In this document: positions 48,700-61,799 of the stretch, in pieces
How positions within the stretch are numbered: position 1 is the stretch's first letter
How the letters are laid out: every line of letters starts with the position of its first letter
From: Selaginella moellendorffii
Taxonomy: Eukaryota > Plantae > Lycopodiophyta
Reading direction: 5' to 3'
Length of the DNA stretch: 64,000 nucleotides
NCBI RefSeq assembly: GCF_000143415.4
Contig: NW_003314297.1
Span: forward strand, 969,430 to 1,033,429
Notes under the pieces: model-generated
The model's database searches: none
Seen by the model: only the letters and a program-made list of their open reading frames with translations
What the model was told of the DNA's origin: nothing
Program-made: the position numbers and the translations under genes

Positions 48700-50240
48700 C
48701 AGTGTTTATGTTTCTTACTTTTCCTCTTCTTCCTTGGGTGCAGTGTGCTGTCCCAGATCTTGAAAAACCGAGCTGTTGCAAGGCCACGCATGAACGTTGG
48801 AAGGCAAGCTTTCTCTGGAATCCTGCTTTTGCAGATTCGACATGAGCACGTAGAGCGCCGAGTCCCCTGGTTCCATCTCCAAGAGTTTCTCTGCGGCACG
48901 AGCTGCAGCATCGATGTTCTTGCCGCTTGCAACCGCTGATCAAGCTCTTCCACGCGAGGACATGCGGCTGGAAGGGCATCACCAGCAGCAGACCTTCGGA
49001 ATGCTGTGTACTAGGCCACCATAGATCGAAAGTAGTCGACTGCCACACGGCGATGGAGGGCGAAACCAGAAACGAGATAAGTTTCCAGGCGATTCTCCTG
49101 ACTTGCAATCACGGTGGGAAGCTCCATGCTGCCAAAAAACTCAGCTGCTTTTCGCTCATGGCCATTCTGTGCGCAGCCATGGATCATCGCGTTCCACGCC
49201 ACAATGCTCGGATCAGGCAACGTGGAGAAGATCTTCCCGGCCTGCAAGAGATTCCCCCTTTGAGCGCTCGCGGCAATCCAGCTCGCTGTTGCTCTCAGCT
49301 CCCGCGCTTGGACGAGGGCAATTTCTCTGGATCTAAGCGTGTTTCACGCGATGCTATCGTGCTGTGGCATTTGGTCGAACAAGACTCTGGCATCGATCAA
49401 GCCCCCGTGCAAAGCAATTGCCGCCACCATTGCCGTCTAAGCGACGAAATCGCACTGTGGACATCTTCATGCCTTCTTCGAGGTGGCCGTGGTTGGAGTA
49501 GGCCAAGATCATGTCAGTCCACACCACGTCGTCGTGATAGGGAGGTCGTTCGAAGAGAATGCGAGCTTCTTCGAGCTTCTTCTTCTTCTTCTGCTGTGAT
49601 CATTGTCGACCACGATGCAACGTTCTTCTGTGGCATGGCATCAAACAGCTTCTTGCAGGCTGGACGTTGCCGCTAGCATTGCGTTCCACGAGATTAAGTC
49701 GCGGTGTGGCATTTTTCTGAAAATCTTCTTGGCTTTTTCAATATGCCCAAGATGGGCATATGCAGTGACAAGAACAGTTCAACCCAGCTCGTTGGTTTCG
49801 GGGATCGTCATAAACAAAATTAGCACTTATTTAACAAGAAATGTTCTTGCATACCCAGAAACCATAACAGCCCAAGAAACTATGTTGTGTTCTAGCATTC
49901 CATCAAAGATCTGGCTCGCTTGATCCATATGCCCGTTATGGGCATATGTGTTTCAGAGTGTTTCTGAAATTTCCGTCCCATTCTGGAACCTGATCAACAA
50001 TGCTTGGCATTCCTCCACGTTTCTATGGTTTGCACGAGCCGTAATAAAAATCATCCAAGAAACAATATCCCTTTGTGGCATCTGATCAAACAGCACTTTT
50101 GCTTTCTCAAGATACCCATAAGCGCCAAGCATCAAGTTCCACGAGAATCTGTTGGGCTTGTGGATGCTGATAAACACCTGCCATTCTCGATCCGAGCGCT
50201 CGCACCTTCCATAGAGTTATGCAAGCTGTGAGGAATTGCG
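48700..50240 (-). pseudogene. Fragmented PPR gene(s)
   Basis: PNRFSWNLMLGAY, FDQMPQRDIVSW, IVAWNAMIHGCAQNGH and MPFQPHVLAWKSLISGC in shifting frames. Confidence 0.8.
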
Positions 50241-50544
50241 CGTAGCCGTCGCGGAGCGACGACGCCAGCTGCTCTAGATCTGTTCTAGAGGCTTGAATCG
50301 GTACGTCTGCGTGGGATTCCTGTCATCTTACCGGCGTTTTCCTGGAGACTGACAAGATAGAACTTTGATTTGTCAATGGCAAATAATTGTTTCCAAAGAC
50401 ATGGGACAATTTGTGCATGAGGTTGGCGCACTAAACGGTGGTCATTTCACCGACTTTATCCATAATCCGTTAACTTCGTATCGCTCCTATTTGCGCTTTC
50501 AAAGAACACGTTGTCGCCAAAATTTGCAAAACAATCCCTTACGA

Positions 50545-50706
50545 TCACAGAGCATACCAGCGCCGTCCTCGAGGGCATCGGTGGCAACTATCGGACTGGC
50601 AGCCTTGGGCAGCAGCCTTTGCGATTCCTCCCACGCCCACTCCCATGGCCAGCATCACCAACATGGCGAGAACCGAAAACAACACCAGGCAAGCCTTGTT
50701 CTCCAT
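50545..50706 (-). CDS. Divergent, shortened paralog of the secreted Cys/Trp peptide (53 aa; may be a pseudogene)
   Basis: MENKACLVLFSVLAMLVMLAMGVGVGGIAKAAAQGCQSDSCHRCPRGRRWYAL*; TATA (CTATAAATA) about 65 nt upstream. Confidence 0.6.
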   Translation of the reverse strand: MENKACLVLFSVLAMLVMLAMGVGVGGIAKAAAQGCQSDSCHRCPRGRRWYAL

Positions 50707-51502
50707 GAAACTAAGAGTTCAACGAACTCTAGTATATTCGAGGGAAGTGATTTGATCTGTGAGGCCGCTCGTATTTATAGCTCGAGGCAGCATACAATGC
50801 TAGAGTGGCGCCTCTTTTGAAAGTTAGTCGAGGAAGTCGTTTCCTGGGACATAGAACAACACACGAAATGAAGCTGTGAATCCAGATGAGTAAAGACAAC
50901 ATTTGAGTTTTTTCACAGTTTATATAATATATGAACACACGCCATTGCTATAGATTTCACTACCACTGAAAATAACAAAAATCCAAATAAATATCTTTAG
51001 AAGAGAAGTGTCATTTTCGATTGTGCTTTATATACATGGGTGTATATAATTGCTAGACTTTGTCTTGGGAAAGAGATCAGATTCGTTGAAAAACTTGTCT
51101 CCACTACTGCGTCATATTTCCATCTGGTTGCTTTTCCAAGTTCCACGTCGAGACTAAGATGGCAGAGTGTCCACAACTTTCATTGACAAAAATATATATG
51201 ATTTTAGTTAATATTATATAAAATAATTTGAGCCCAGATAGATTGACTTGGCTTTCTTTTCAAGTTTCTTGACTGAATATATGACGTTCTTATATATTAA
51301 AAGTCCATACATTCCGAACGTTACACTGCAACAAAAACTCTCCAGAAAATGCATCATATTTATCATTGACAGTCTCAGGGCACCAAACACGTGAATAGAC
51401 TCCAAAACATCTTCGTTCACTCTTATTCTATATATATATATCACTTTTCATGATTCGAGATTCGCTCCCGTGGTTCTTCGAGGCCCGAGCTTTGGCAATT
51501 CT

Positions 51503-51652
51503 TCAGCGGATGCAGCGGCCGCCATTCCAGCGCCACCCTCGATGGCAGCTGTTGTCATACCCGTACCAATCGCATTGCACGCAGCGAAATCCATTCCAGT
51601 ACCAAGCGCTGCGCCATCCCCTTGGTGATGCCCCTGACCTCCACTCCCACCG
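51503..51652 (-). pseudogene. 5'-truncated three-repeat paralog of the Cys/Trp peptide
   Basis: GVEVRGITKGMAQR / WYWNGFRCVQCDWYGYDNSCHRGWRWNGGRCIR*; no ATG or signal peptide, frameshift. Confidence 0.7.
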
Positions 51653-51974
51653 CTAGGTGTGCCTGGGCCTGGTTTGATGCTCCAATCGAGTGTTATTGCT
51701 TGCCGATCATTGGAGCAATTGATTGGAAGTCGAGGGATTTGGAGAAGAGAGGAGAAGGACCAAGGACAGATTCAGACATTTTATATTAAGGCTTGGACAA
51801 TTTATATTTTATTCCTGGAACTCATGCAATACTATGCAACATTGCACGATACAGAAAACACGTCATCAGTGTCTTTATTCTTGTTTCCAGACCCTTGGCA
51901 CTGCAGAACGATAAAATCAAAGGCAATTACGATGCTGATTCTTAACTTGGGCTTACCCCGTGAAACGAGAGGTT

Positions 51975-52172
51975 TCAGTTGCGCGAGCAGCGATTGTTGC
52001 GCCAGCTCCAACCCCTCTGGCAACGGTGGCAACTGTTGTCATACCAATACCACCCCGACTGGCAGCGCTGGGCAGCAGCCTTTGCAATTCCTCCCACGTC
52101 CACGCCCATGGCCAGCATCATCACAAATATGGCAAGCGCCAAAAACAACACGAAGAAAGCCTTGTTCTCCAT
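51975..52172 (-). CDS. Small secreted Cys/Trp-rich peptide, copy 1
   Basis: Signal-like N-terminus followed by QRCQSGWYWYDNSCHRCQRGWSWRNNRCSRN; TATA upstream; intact in three copies. Confidence 0.85.
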   Translation of the reverse strand: MENKAFFVLFLALAIFVMMLAMGVDVGGIAKAAAQRCQSGWYWYDNSCHRCQRGWSWRNNRCSRN

Positions 52173-52835
52173 GATTTGCTGCTAGAGAAGTAAGCTTGTT
52201 ATATTAGAGAGAAGTGGTTTGATTTGGGCTCATATTTATAGCTCGAGCCAGCACACAATGCTAGAGAGTTGTTGTGGGAGTCCTTATCTATTTTGGTTCC
52301 GTGTTTGAAAATTTCTTCTCTTTTTTATAATGCTCATTTCTTAGTCCTTATCTATTTTGGTTCCGTGTTTGAGAATTTCTTTTCTTTTTTATAATGCTCT
52401 CCAACCCTTCAATTGAGGATCATTAAGTTCCACAAAATCGCATGTTGCTAAAACTTTACAAATTCATACTACAAGCTTGCAGATAGAGAAAGCCATAGAG
52501 TTTAGCTCGAAAAGATGAAAGCAAGTAGTGTTTGATAGCAACACGTGTACCATATCATCAGTTAAATATGGTACGGACATTTCAGATCATGTTAGATCGA
52601 CGGCTTTGATTTAATTAATACGTTTTACACAATGGGCGGCTCAGATTGTATACAAATAAACGGTCTAGATTGTACATGAATGAGATGATCTTGTATTCTT
52701 CTATTTGTACGAAAAGGATATCTGTACCATGTACACGTTAATGCCCTAAAAAACGGAAAGTAAGCAAGAGCGCGGTAAGCAAGCGAGCTTGAGCTGAAAT
52801 ACTGCGACTTTTTCTGGTAAGCTTGATCTCTGACT

Positions 52836-53865
52836 ATGGCGCACAAACTCTCCACGCCACCACCCCCGCCGCCTCACCGGGAGCACGTGAGGAGGACGCC
52901 GCCGCCCAAACCATCGCCAAAGAGGGTGCCGACAACTTCATCTCCGCCACCAAAGAGGTCTCCACCGGCGCCAGCCAAGAGGCACAGTCATTCACCAACA
53001 AAGCCCACACTCACCAGCAAAGCCACCACTGAGTTCTCCTGAGCATCATGGAGCTGGACATCCACTGCTGAGCTCTCCCGAGTATCATGGAGCACCACCG
53101 AGGTCTCCTGAGCATCATGGAGCTGGACATCCACCACCGAGCTCTCCGCCCACCAAGGAACATCCAGCAGCAGAGCCAAAGAGGCACCATGGTGATGGAG
53201 CTGCTACAGGGCCGCCACCTTCTTCTTCGCCGCCCAACAAGGCCGGCACTGTAACCTGGCGACCAAGGAGGGCCGGGCCGCCATCGCCACCACCTTCGAG
53301 CATAACGTGGCAACCAAGGCCCCTTGGCTTGGGCACCGCTCCCCCTACTGCGCCGTCAGCACCATCTTCAGCAGCAGCTGCATTCGTGGCATCACCTGGT
53401 GTGCTCGGGAGGCATCGTTATGCTCCTGCTCGCACTGGTAGCCATCGTCACTGGAGTCTGGATACACTTGAAGCGGAGAAGGAACAAGGTGCACGGCGAC
53501 ATCATCCTGGTGGCCATCAGCCTGGCGGTGGCAACAGCGGCAGCAGCAGCAGCCAGGAGCACCTCATTACCAAAGTGGAGCCTCGACCATCATCGCAGTT
53601 GAATGCCGGCAGGAAGAAGGCGGCTACTGGAGGCCCGCTGGTGCTCGCCACAAGTCTGCATCCGGAAACGATCCACTCTTTCGTGCTGCTGATCCAGTGC
53701 ATGGCCAGCAGGGAAGCCGGGGAAACGTCATGGAGGATCCTCTCGTCGTCTTTCCTGCGTATGAAGTTGACGAGCAGCCAAGGCTGTCCTCAGCCACTCC
53801 GGAGGATGATCCACTCTTCTCGACTGGTGGCTACTCTCATCACCCAGCAGGCGAGAGAATGGCTG
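52836..53865 (+). pseudogene. Proline-rich membrane protein, copy B (frameshifted, 3'-truncated)
   Basis: Collinear with copy A; several indels; fused to an eIF5B fragment at about 53870. Confidence 0.8.
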
Positions 53866-53871
53866 ACAACG

Positions 53872-54090
53872 AGACAAGGTAGCAATGAAGGTAAGGTTTA
53901 AGCTCTCTCGGGAGTTCTTCTGTGGACGAACTGTCTCAGTTCATGGGTGAGGATGTTTGGAAGGGCCATATCATGCGGACATCGATCGATGTGTTGAAAG
54001 CCAACTACAGAGTCCGTGTGCATGGTGGAACTCGCTGCATCTTAATCCTCATCTATAGACTGAGCTTACAGGCGATGAGTGGAAGCTCGT
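53872..54090 (+). pseudogene. Second eIF5B fragment
   Basis: Near-copy of 45578-45785; RTSIDVLKANYR. Confidence 0.8.
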
Positions 54091-54802
54091 CGTTAAGCTC
54101 AAGAATATACTATTCTTTTCGCGAATCTTATTCATAGACCCAATTCTACCCTTCGCTGTGAGCAATTTCGGTTGCATCTATAAATGTAACATAGTCTGCA
54201 AATATTTATAACTTTAACAAGATTTAATATCAGAAAATAATTATTAATTAATAAATTTTAAACGGATAATACCTCCCTGCTGGATGGCTGAAGCATAGAC
54301 CACTTTCTGGTCCCGTCACTGATCACTCTGCGTGATCAATCTGTTTGGGTGCTGGATTGCCCAAGAGATTGTCAACAGCCTCCCAGTGAGAAGAGACGAC
54401 GTAGCATTTACCACTTTTCTTGCAGCGTATACACTCCTAATATATACGCTCCAGAGTTCTTGTCTTCTATTTCGACCACTGACTTGGTTCTATCGAGCTT
54501 TGAGTTTAAGCTAGAACAGGGACTTCAGAGATATAGATACATTTTCGGCTTGTTCAATTTTGACATGATCGTTAACACTAAATAGTGCGGCATCAATAGT
54601 TTAGATTTCATAAAAAACAGAATAAAAATTAACAAAATAAATTTGTGATCATCCTGGCTATTGTATACCGATGATTGATGGCTCCTCCTAAACTTTTGTA
54701 CCCCGATGAAAAGTGAGGAAGGCAACAGGACCTTCCTGTGACTTACTCAAGCCCATAGAAGGGACTGAAGAGAAAGCCAGATAAATGACGAGCTTTCGCT
54801 CT

Positions 54803-56205
54803 TCATTCTACTAACCTGTGGGAAAAAGGCCGGATGCGGGGCTCCATCATGATGAACTTCTGCATTTGTTTCTCCATCTCAGCCCGCTCCTTTGCCAGTG
54901 CTGCGACATCTCCAGGATCGAACACGGTGCCAGAACGATCCGCCACCTTTCGTCCTTGTTCCCGTCCATGAAACTGCTCTGGAACCCCGTCGTGTCCAGA
55001 TGATAGGCGCACTGGGAGCTCGTTTGGAGCCATTTTCTCGCCTGCTGGATGATGAGAGTAGCCACCAGTCGAGAAGAGTGGATCATCCTCCGGAGTGGCT
55101 GAGAAAAGCCTTGGCTGCTCGTCAACTTCATGCGCAGGAAAGACGACGAGAGGATCCTCCATCGTGACGGTTTCCCGGCTTCCCTGCTGGCCATGTACTG
55201 GATCAGCATCACGAAAGAGTGGATCGTTCCCGGATGCAGACTTGTGGCGAGCACCAGCGGGAAGAGCAGACGGTGGCAGCCGCCTTGGTGGCCTCAGGAG
55301 CTCGCGAATTCGGGGGTCAGCAGCCGCCTTCTTCCTGCCAGCATTCAACTGCGATGATGGTCGAGGCTCCACTTTGGTAATGAGGTGCTCCCGCTGGTCG
55401 CTGCTGCTGCCGCTGTTGCCACCGCTAGGTTGATGGCCATACTCCACCAGGATGTCGTCGTGGTGGATGTCGCCGTGCACCTTGTTTCTTCTCCTCTTCA
55501 AGAGTATCCAGACTCCAGTGACGATGGCTACCAGTGCGAGCAGGAGCATAACGATGCCTGCCGCGAGCACACCAGGTGATGCCACGAATGCTGCTGTTGC
55601 TGCTGCTGCTGCTGAAGATGGTGCTGACGACGCCGTAGGCGGAGAGGAGGTGTCGAAGCCAAGGGGCCTTGGTTGCCACGTTATGGTCGATGGTGGTGGC
55701 GATGGCGGCCTTGGGTTCCACGTTATGGTCGAAGGTGGTGGCGATGGCCTTGGGTTCCACGTTATGCTCGAAGGTGGTGGCGATGACACCCCGGCCCTCC
55801 TTGGTCGCCAGGTTACAGTGTCGGCCTTGTTGGGCGGCGAAGAAGAAGGTGGCGGCCCTGTAGCAGCTCCATCACCAGCTCGTCGATGTCCAGGGTGCCT
55901 CTTTGGCTCTGCTGCTGGATGTTCCTTTGTGGGCGGAGAGCTCGGTGGTGGATGTCCAGCTCCATGATGCTCGGGAGAGCTCGGCGGTGGATGTCCAGCT
56001 CCATGATGCTCAGGAGAACTCGGTGGTGGCTTTGCTGGTGAGTGATGTCCATCTGTGGGCTTTGGTGGTTAATGACTGTGCCTCTTGGCTGGCACCGGTG
56101 GAGACCTCTTTGGGGGCGGAGCGCCCTCTTTGGCGATGGTTTGGGCGGCGGCATCCTCCTCGCGTGCTCCCGGTGATGCGGCGGGGGCGGTGGCGTGCGA
56201 GCCAT
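54803..56205 (-). pseudogene. Proline-rich membrane protein, copy C
   Basis: Long open 3' frame (TM and cytosolic tail), but a 13-nt deletion and TAA near the 5' end and a 3' deletion relative to copy A. Confidence 0.7.
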
Positions 56206-56756
56206 AGTCAGAGATCAAGCTTACCACAGAAAGTCGCAGTATTTCAGCTCAAGCTCGCTTGCTTGCTTCTCCTTTTTTAGGGCATTAAAGTGTCTGAAAG
56301 TACTTCTGATGTGTACGGTAAACGAATGGTAGAGATATCCTTTTCGTATAAATAGAAGAATAGTATATTCTTGAAAGCTAGTCACAATCTAGACCGTGCA
56401 ATTAAAACATTCTGGACCGTTCCTTTATATACAATCTGAGCCGTCCACTGTAATATTTAAATCAAAGCCGTCGATCTAAAATGATCTGAACCGTCCCATA
56501 TTTAACTGATGATATGGCACACACGTGGCCAATGCAGGGATTCTTCGGAACTTGTAACGTGGAATGGCGATTTTGTGGAACTTCATGGAGAGATTTTATG
56601 TGGATCCCAGCATTATAAAAAAGAGAAGAAATTCTCAAACACGGAACTAAAATAGATAAGGACTCCGTCCCATCTAGCATTGTGTGCTGGCTCGAGCTAT
56701 AAATATGAGCCCAAATCAAACCACTTCTAACAAGCTTACTTCTCTAGCAGCAAATC

Positions 56757-56954
56757 ATGGAGAACAAGGCTTTCTTCGTGTTGTTTTTGGCGCTCGCCAT
56801 ATTTGTCATGATGCTGGCCATGGGCGTGGACGTGGGAGGACTCGCAAAGGCTGCTGCCCAGCGCTGCCAGTCGGGGTGGTATTGGTATGACAACGGTTGC
56901 CACCGTTGCCAGAGGGGTTGGAGCTGGCGCAACAATCGCTGCTCGCGCAACTGA
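56757..56954 (+). CDS. Small secreted Cys/Trp-rich peptide, copy 2
   Basis: MENKAFFVLFLALAIFVMMLAMGVDVGGLAKAAAQRCQSGWYWYDNGCHRCQRGWSWRNNRCSRN; CTATAAATA at 56697. Confidence 0.85.
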   Translation: MENKAFFVLFLALAIFVMMLAMGVDVGGLAKAAAQRCQSGWYWYDNGCHRCQRGWSWRNNRCSRN

Positions 56955-57278
56955 AACCTCTCGTTTCATGGGGTAAGCCCAAGTTAAGAATCAGCATCGT
57001 AATTGCCTTTGATTTTATCGTTCTGCAGTGCCAAGGGTCTGGAAACAAGAATAAAGACAATGATAACGTGTTTTCTGTATCGTGCGATGTTGCATAGTAT
57101 TGCATGAGTTCCAGCAATAAAATATAAATTGTCCAAGCCTTGATATAAAATGTCTGAATCTGTTCTTGGTCCTTCTCCTCTCTTCTCCAAATCCCACGAC
57201 TTCCAATCGATTGCTCCAATGATCGGCAAGCAATAAGACTCGATTGGAGCATCAAAACCAGGCCCAGGCACACCTAGC

Positions 57279-57427
57279 GGTGGGAGTGGAGGTCGGCGGC
57301 ATCACCAAGGCGATGGCGCAGCGCTTGGTCCTGGAATGGATTTCGCTGCGTGCAATGCAATTGGTACGGGTATGACAACAGCTGCCATCGAGGGTGGCGC
57401 TGGAATGGCAGCCGCTGCATCTGCTGA
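57279..57427 (+). pseudogene. 5'-truncated three-repeat peptide paralog (mirror of 51503-51652)
   Basis: VGVEVGGITKAMAQR / WSWNGFRCVQCNWYGYDNSCHRGWRWNGSRCIC*. Confidence 0.7.
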
Positions 57428-58247
57428 AGAATTGCCAAAGTTTGCGAGCCTCGGGCCTCAGAGAACCACGGGAGCGAATCTCGAATCATGAAAAGTTGGG
57501 TTGACAGCCTGGATGAGATATATGTAGAATAAGAGTGAACGAAGATGTTTTGGAGTCTATTCGTCTTTGATGCCCTGGGTCTGAGACTGTCAATGATAAA
57601 TATGGTGCGTTTTCTGGAGAGTTGTTGTTGCAGTGTAACGTTCGCAATGTATGGACTTTTAATATATAGAGACGTGATATACTCAGTCAAAAAGCTTGAA
57701 CCAGAAAGAAAGCCAAGTCAATCTATCTGGGCTCAAAATTATATTATAATATTAACTAAAATCATATATATTTTTGTCAATGAAAGGTTTGGACAGTCTG
57801 CCATCTTAGTCTCGACGTGGAACTTGGAAAAGCAACCAGATGGAATATGAAGCAGTAGTGGAGACAAGTTTTTCAACGAATCTGATCTCTTTCCCAAGAC
57901 AAAGTCTAGCAATTACATACATCAACCACGTATATAAAACACAATCGAAAATGAAATGACACACACTTCTCTTCCAGAGATCGTCAAGATCCAACTATTT
58001 ATTAGATTTTTGTTCTTTTCAGTGGCAGTGAAATCTATAGCAATGGTGAAAAAACTACATTTTGTGTGTTGTTCTATGTCCCAGCATTATAGAAAAGAAA
58101 AGGAATTGACAAATACGAACGACTTCCTAGAATAACTTTCAAAGGACAAACTTCCCAAGAGGCACCACTCTGGCTATAAATACGAGCGGCCTCACAGATC
58201 AAATCACTTCTCTCGAATATACTAGAGTTCGTTGAACTCTTAGTTTC

Positions 58248-58415
58248 ATGGAGAACAAGGCTTGCCTGGTGTTGTTTTCGGTTCTCGCCATGTTGCTGAT
58301 GCTGGCCATGGGAGTGGACGTCAAAAGCACTGCAGCTAGCTCCTCTAAGTTTCCTCTCGGGGATTGTTTTGCAAATTTTGGCTACAACGTGTTCTTTGAA
58401 AGCGCCTTTAAATAG
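58248..58415 (+). CDS. Peptide paralog retaining the signal sequence with a replaced C-terminus (55 aa; may be a pseudogene)
   Basis: MENKACLVLFSVLAMLLMLAMGVDVKSTAASSSKFPLGDCFANFGYNVFFESAFK*; CTATAAATA at 58174. Confidence 0.5.
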   Translation: MENKACLVLFSVLAMLLMLAMGVDVKSTAASSSKFPLGDCFANFGYNVFFESAFK

Positions 58416-59189
58416 GAGCGATATGAAGAAACAGTTAATAAAGTCGGTGAAATGACCACCGTTTAGTGCGCACTTCCTTGCGACAAATCAAAGCTCTATC
58501 TTTAGTCTCCAGGTAAGATGGCAGGAATCACTACTTACCGATTCAAGCCTCTAGAACGGGCTGTGGACGATCTAGAGCAGCGCACAGATCTAATAACAGA
58601 AAATTATTATAAATTAATTAATTTTAAATGGATAGTACCTCCCAATGGCTGAGCTGATCCCTACTGGTGCGTGATCGATCGGGTGTGCTGGATTGCCCAA
58701 GAGATTGTCAAGAGCCTACCAGTGAGAAGAGATGATGTAGCATTTACCACTTTTCTTGTAGCATATATAATCCTACTATATATGCTCCAGAGTTCTTGTC
58801 TTCCATTTTGACCACAGACTAGGTTCTATCGAACTTTGAGTTTGTAAAAGCTAGAAGAGGGACTTTGGAGATAGATACATTTTCGGCTCGTTCAATTTTG
58901 ACATGATCAATTACCACTCAATAGTGCAAGATTGCCAAAAATGGTGGAATGAGCGTGTAGGTCGAATACCCCAATGCAATCTGTAAGCTCAAGTGCCTCC
59001 AATTACCGCAATCTTCACCAAAGATTGAAGAGATATGGAGCAGCTACAACAGAAAAGGATGATTTAAGGATAGCTAGAATATATTATCATAGCCAAATAT
59101 ACTGATCAAGAGACATGCCACACCTAGATCAATGAGGTGGCACTATTGCAACCTAAGATCATGTCATATATAGAGCATATATACTCAAT

Positions 59190-61400
59190 AAAAATGCTGT
59201 CTTACCCACACATGCTCATTGTTGCCTCTTATTAAACACCATCTTATATCACTCTCTCTCCACTTACTTTGGTAGTGACTTTGCATTTATTTGTGACTTT
59301 CTGGGGATGATTCAAGGCATCAAAACACCTGCCTGTTTGCAGCTCCCACCTGGATGTGGCCAGACTTAAATTTAATTGACCTAAAAAAGTTTATGGTTTT
59401 TCCATGGTGGAAACATATTAGTTTCCAGAAGAAAACAAATAATTTATCTTGATATTGATTATGTAGTTGATAAGTTGACAGTGAATACTTTCTATGCAAA
59501 TTATTAATATGTTGTGTAATTAGAAAATTATCCTAACAAAAAAGTTCATCACAATTTATATATGCTCATTATAAATTTAAATTGATGTGAAATCCTGATA
59601 GATTATATGAATTCCTCCAGTTGGATCAAGTTGACCATGACAAGAAATCCCATTTGTATCATAATTAGGCTATTTATAAAACATTTTGACCAAAAAATTG
59701 CAGACCCACTTGTTAAAACTTTGATCTGGTTTACTCAAGTGTAATGGATGTTTCATGAGTATTTTACTTTCTATATTCACACCAATGCTTGTGTCAAAAT
59801 GTTTGTAATTATATTTTATTATTATATAAAATACCTGATTAATGATAAAAAGCTTGTGTTTTTTTCTGGTTTTAAATCTCTATGATCATAATTTTTGTTA
59901 GAAAATTGCCAAAAATCCATCTTATCACCCCTTCTGTCACCATCTAGAAACTTATTCAAATATTTATGTAACATATACATAATAGGAGCTATAATTTCAT
60001 TTTATTTAGACAAATCTCACTAAATTATGTGCACACAAAAATTCCTCTTCATGGAATTTTTACACCTCATAATGGATCTTAAATAGCTTTCTTCAAAAAT
60101 AATGCACAAAGTGTATGTATTTGGAAGAGTGTATGGATTTAGAAGAACACAAATCCTAAGAAAGTATTTAGATGATTGAGCTAAATATTGTTTTACTATT
60201 GAGATTTAAATAACTTGGCAATTGCAAAAGATAGTAAAATTTGCAAATAATAATTTATTGAGTCTTGATGCAACTTTTGGAACTAATCAGGTAAAGTTTT
60301 CATTTATTTTAAAGTGAATAATCTTTAAAAGTTTATAATTTTTATAGAACACCATATTTGTTTTTAATTATCATAGAAATGGTATCTCAATTATATAGGG
60401 TTTAATTTCTAGTGAGAAAGAACAACATATGAAGAATTGGATGATAGTTTTTAAAAATTGAGTTTTAAAACACATGTCAGATTGAAAATCACATACAATA
60501 ATGATTGATGATTAAATATATTATAATATATTTAATTTTTATATAGAGTTATATTTGATTATCAAATTTTATTGTGCATTTAACACATAAGGAGGAACTA
60601 GCTTAAATATATTATTTGTAAGGTGGAATCATGGGATATTAGGATGTATATATAGAAATATTTTAAAGATATTATGTATCATTTAATTCATATAGTTTTT
60701 TATGATGATACTATTAAATAAGCTAAGATTAAGAAACTTATCAAACATTTCAAAATTAATTTTCAAAATGAAAAAACATTTATCAAGTATTTTTAAGATG
60801 AATAGAATGATAAAGTTGGTAAGTGAATCAATATTTTAACTTTTATAATTTTTTTTGTATTTGATAGATATGTAGGTTGTTGCTACTCAAAATTTCCCTC
60901 ATGTTAATAAGAAGATAAATAGTTCATTAAGGTATTTCATACCAATATAAAATTTATACTCTCGTCCAAAAAAATAAAAACATTTGAAGTATAGATTAAG
61001 CAATTCATCAATTTACTACTAAAGTTTATGTGAAGTATTGATTTTACTACTTATTGCAAAGATCATAGTTTTATTTGAAATTATGAATACCAAAAATTAA
61101 TCAATTGTGTGATTGTTAAAGCAAAAAATATTAATAACTCTCAAGTAAGATTTGATAAATACAATGTTCACAAATCTTATGTATAATCATTTCAAATCCA
61201 ACTATATGGTATCTCATTGTCACAGTAATTAAGTTTTTTCAACTTAGTGTAATTTTTTATGGTCAACTATAAGATAATTTTGCAAACATTAAGTCACATT
61301 TATTATGTTGAAGCAAAGAGAGCAAAAATTTACTAGATTAAAATTAATTATAAAACTTAATATTAAAACTTGGGCAAAATGGATTCTGGGGAAAATGAAC
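59190..61400 (+). mobile_element. Highly decayed AT-rich MULE/SWIM transposase relic
   Basis: LSLDATFGTN (about 60258-60287), MIDD (60501), C-x-x-H (about 60575) and CKH (61281) in MULE order; interrupts a second dirigent relic (about 58980-59185 and 61405-61460). No TIR found. Confidence 0.6.
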
Positions 61401-61799
61401 TTGCAAGGGAGAACATCATTGATGACAAACACCACTCCAAAATGCCATTCTGGGGCTTGTGACCAATATCTATGCCATAAAATGCATAGATAAAATGCCA
61501 TTCTGGGGCCATTCTGGGGCCAATCTATTAGTGCAATAATACAGCATAAAATAGCTTCAAAACAGAATAGAAATTAACAAAATAATTATGTGATCATCCT
61601 AATTGTATATCTATGAAAAGCATTTAAGGTAAGTAAGGGACTGAAGAGAAAGCCAGATTTCGCTCTCAATTCTATTTGTTTTTCACTTGTTCTTATGTTT
61701 TGTCTCTCGCAGTGCCTGCAATCAAAGAGTAGCATCTATACAAATTGACTTCGAAGAAACGTACTTCATCAAGTTCCCTGTCTCTCTCAAAGGTGGAAG

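Larger units (their letters stand above)
50268..58580. repeat. Large inverted duplication (arms about 50268-53860 and 55040-58580)
   Basis: Mirror-order peptide variant / peptide relic / peptide gene / proline-rich gene; matching non-coding sequence, e.g. 51050-51480 versus 57470-57915. Confidence 0.9.

Noticed and set aside
56757-56954. Peptide as a BURP-cyclised RiPP precursor
   Set aside because: No BURP domain or tailoring enzyme in the window; the paired Cys fit disulfides better.
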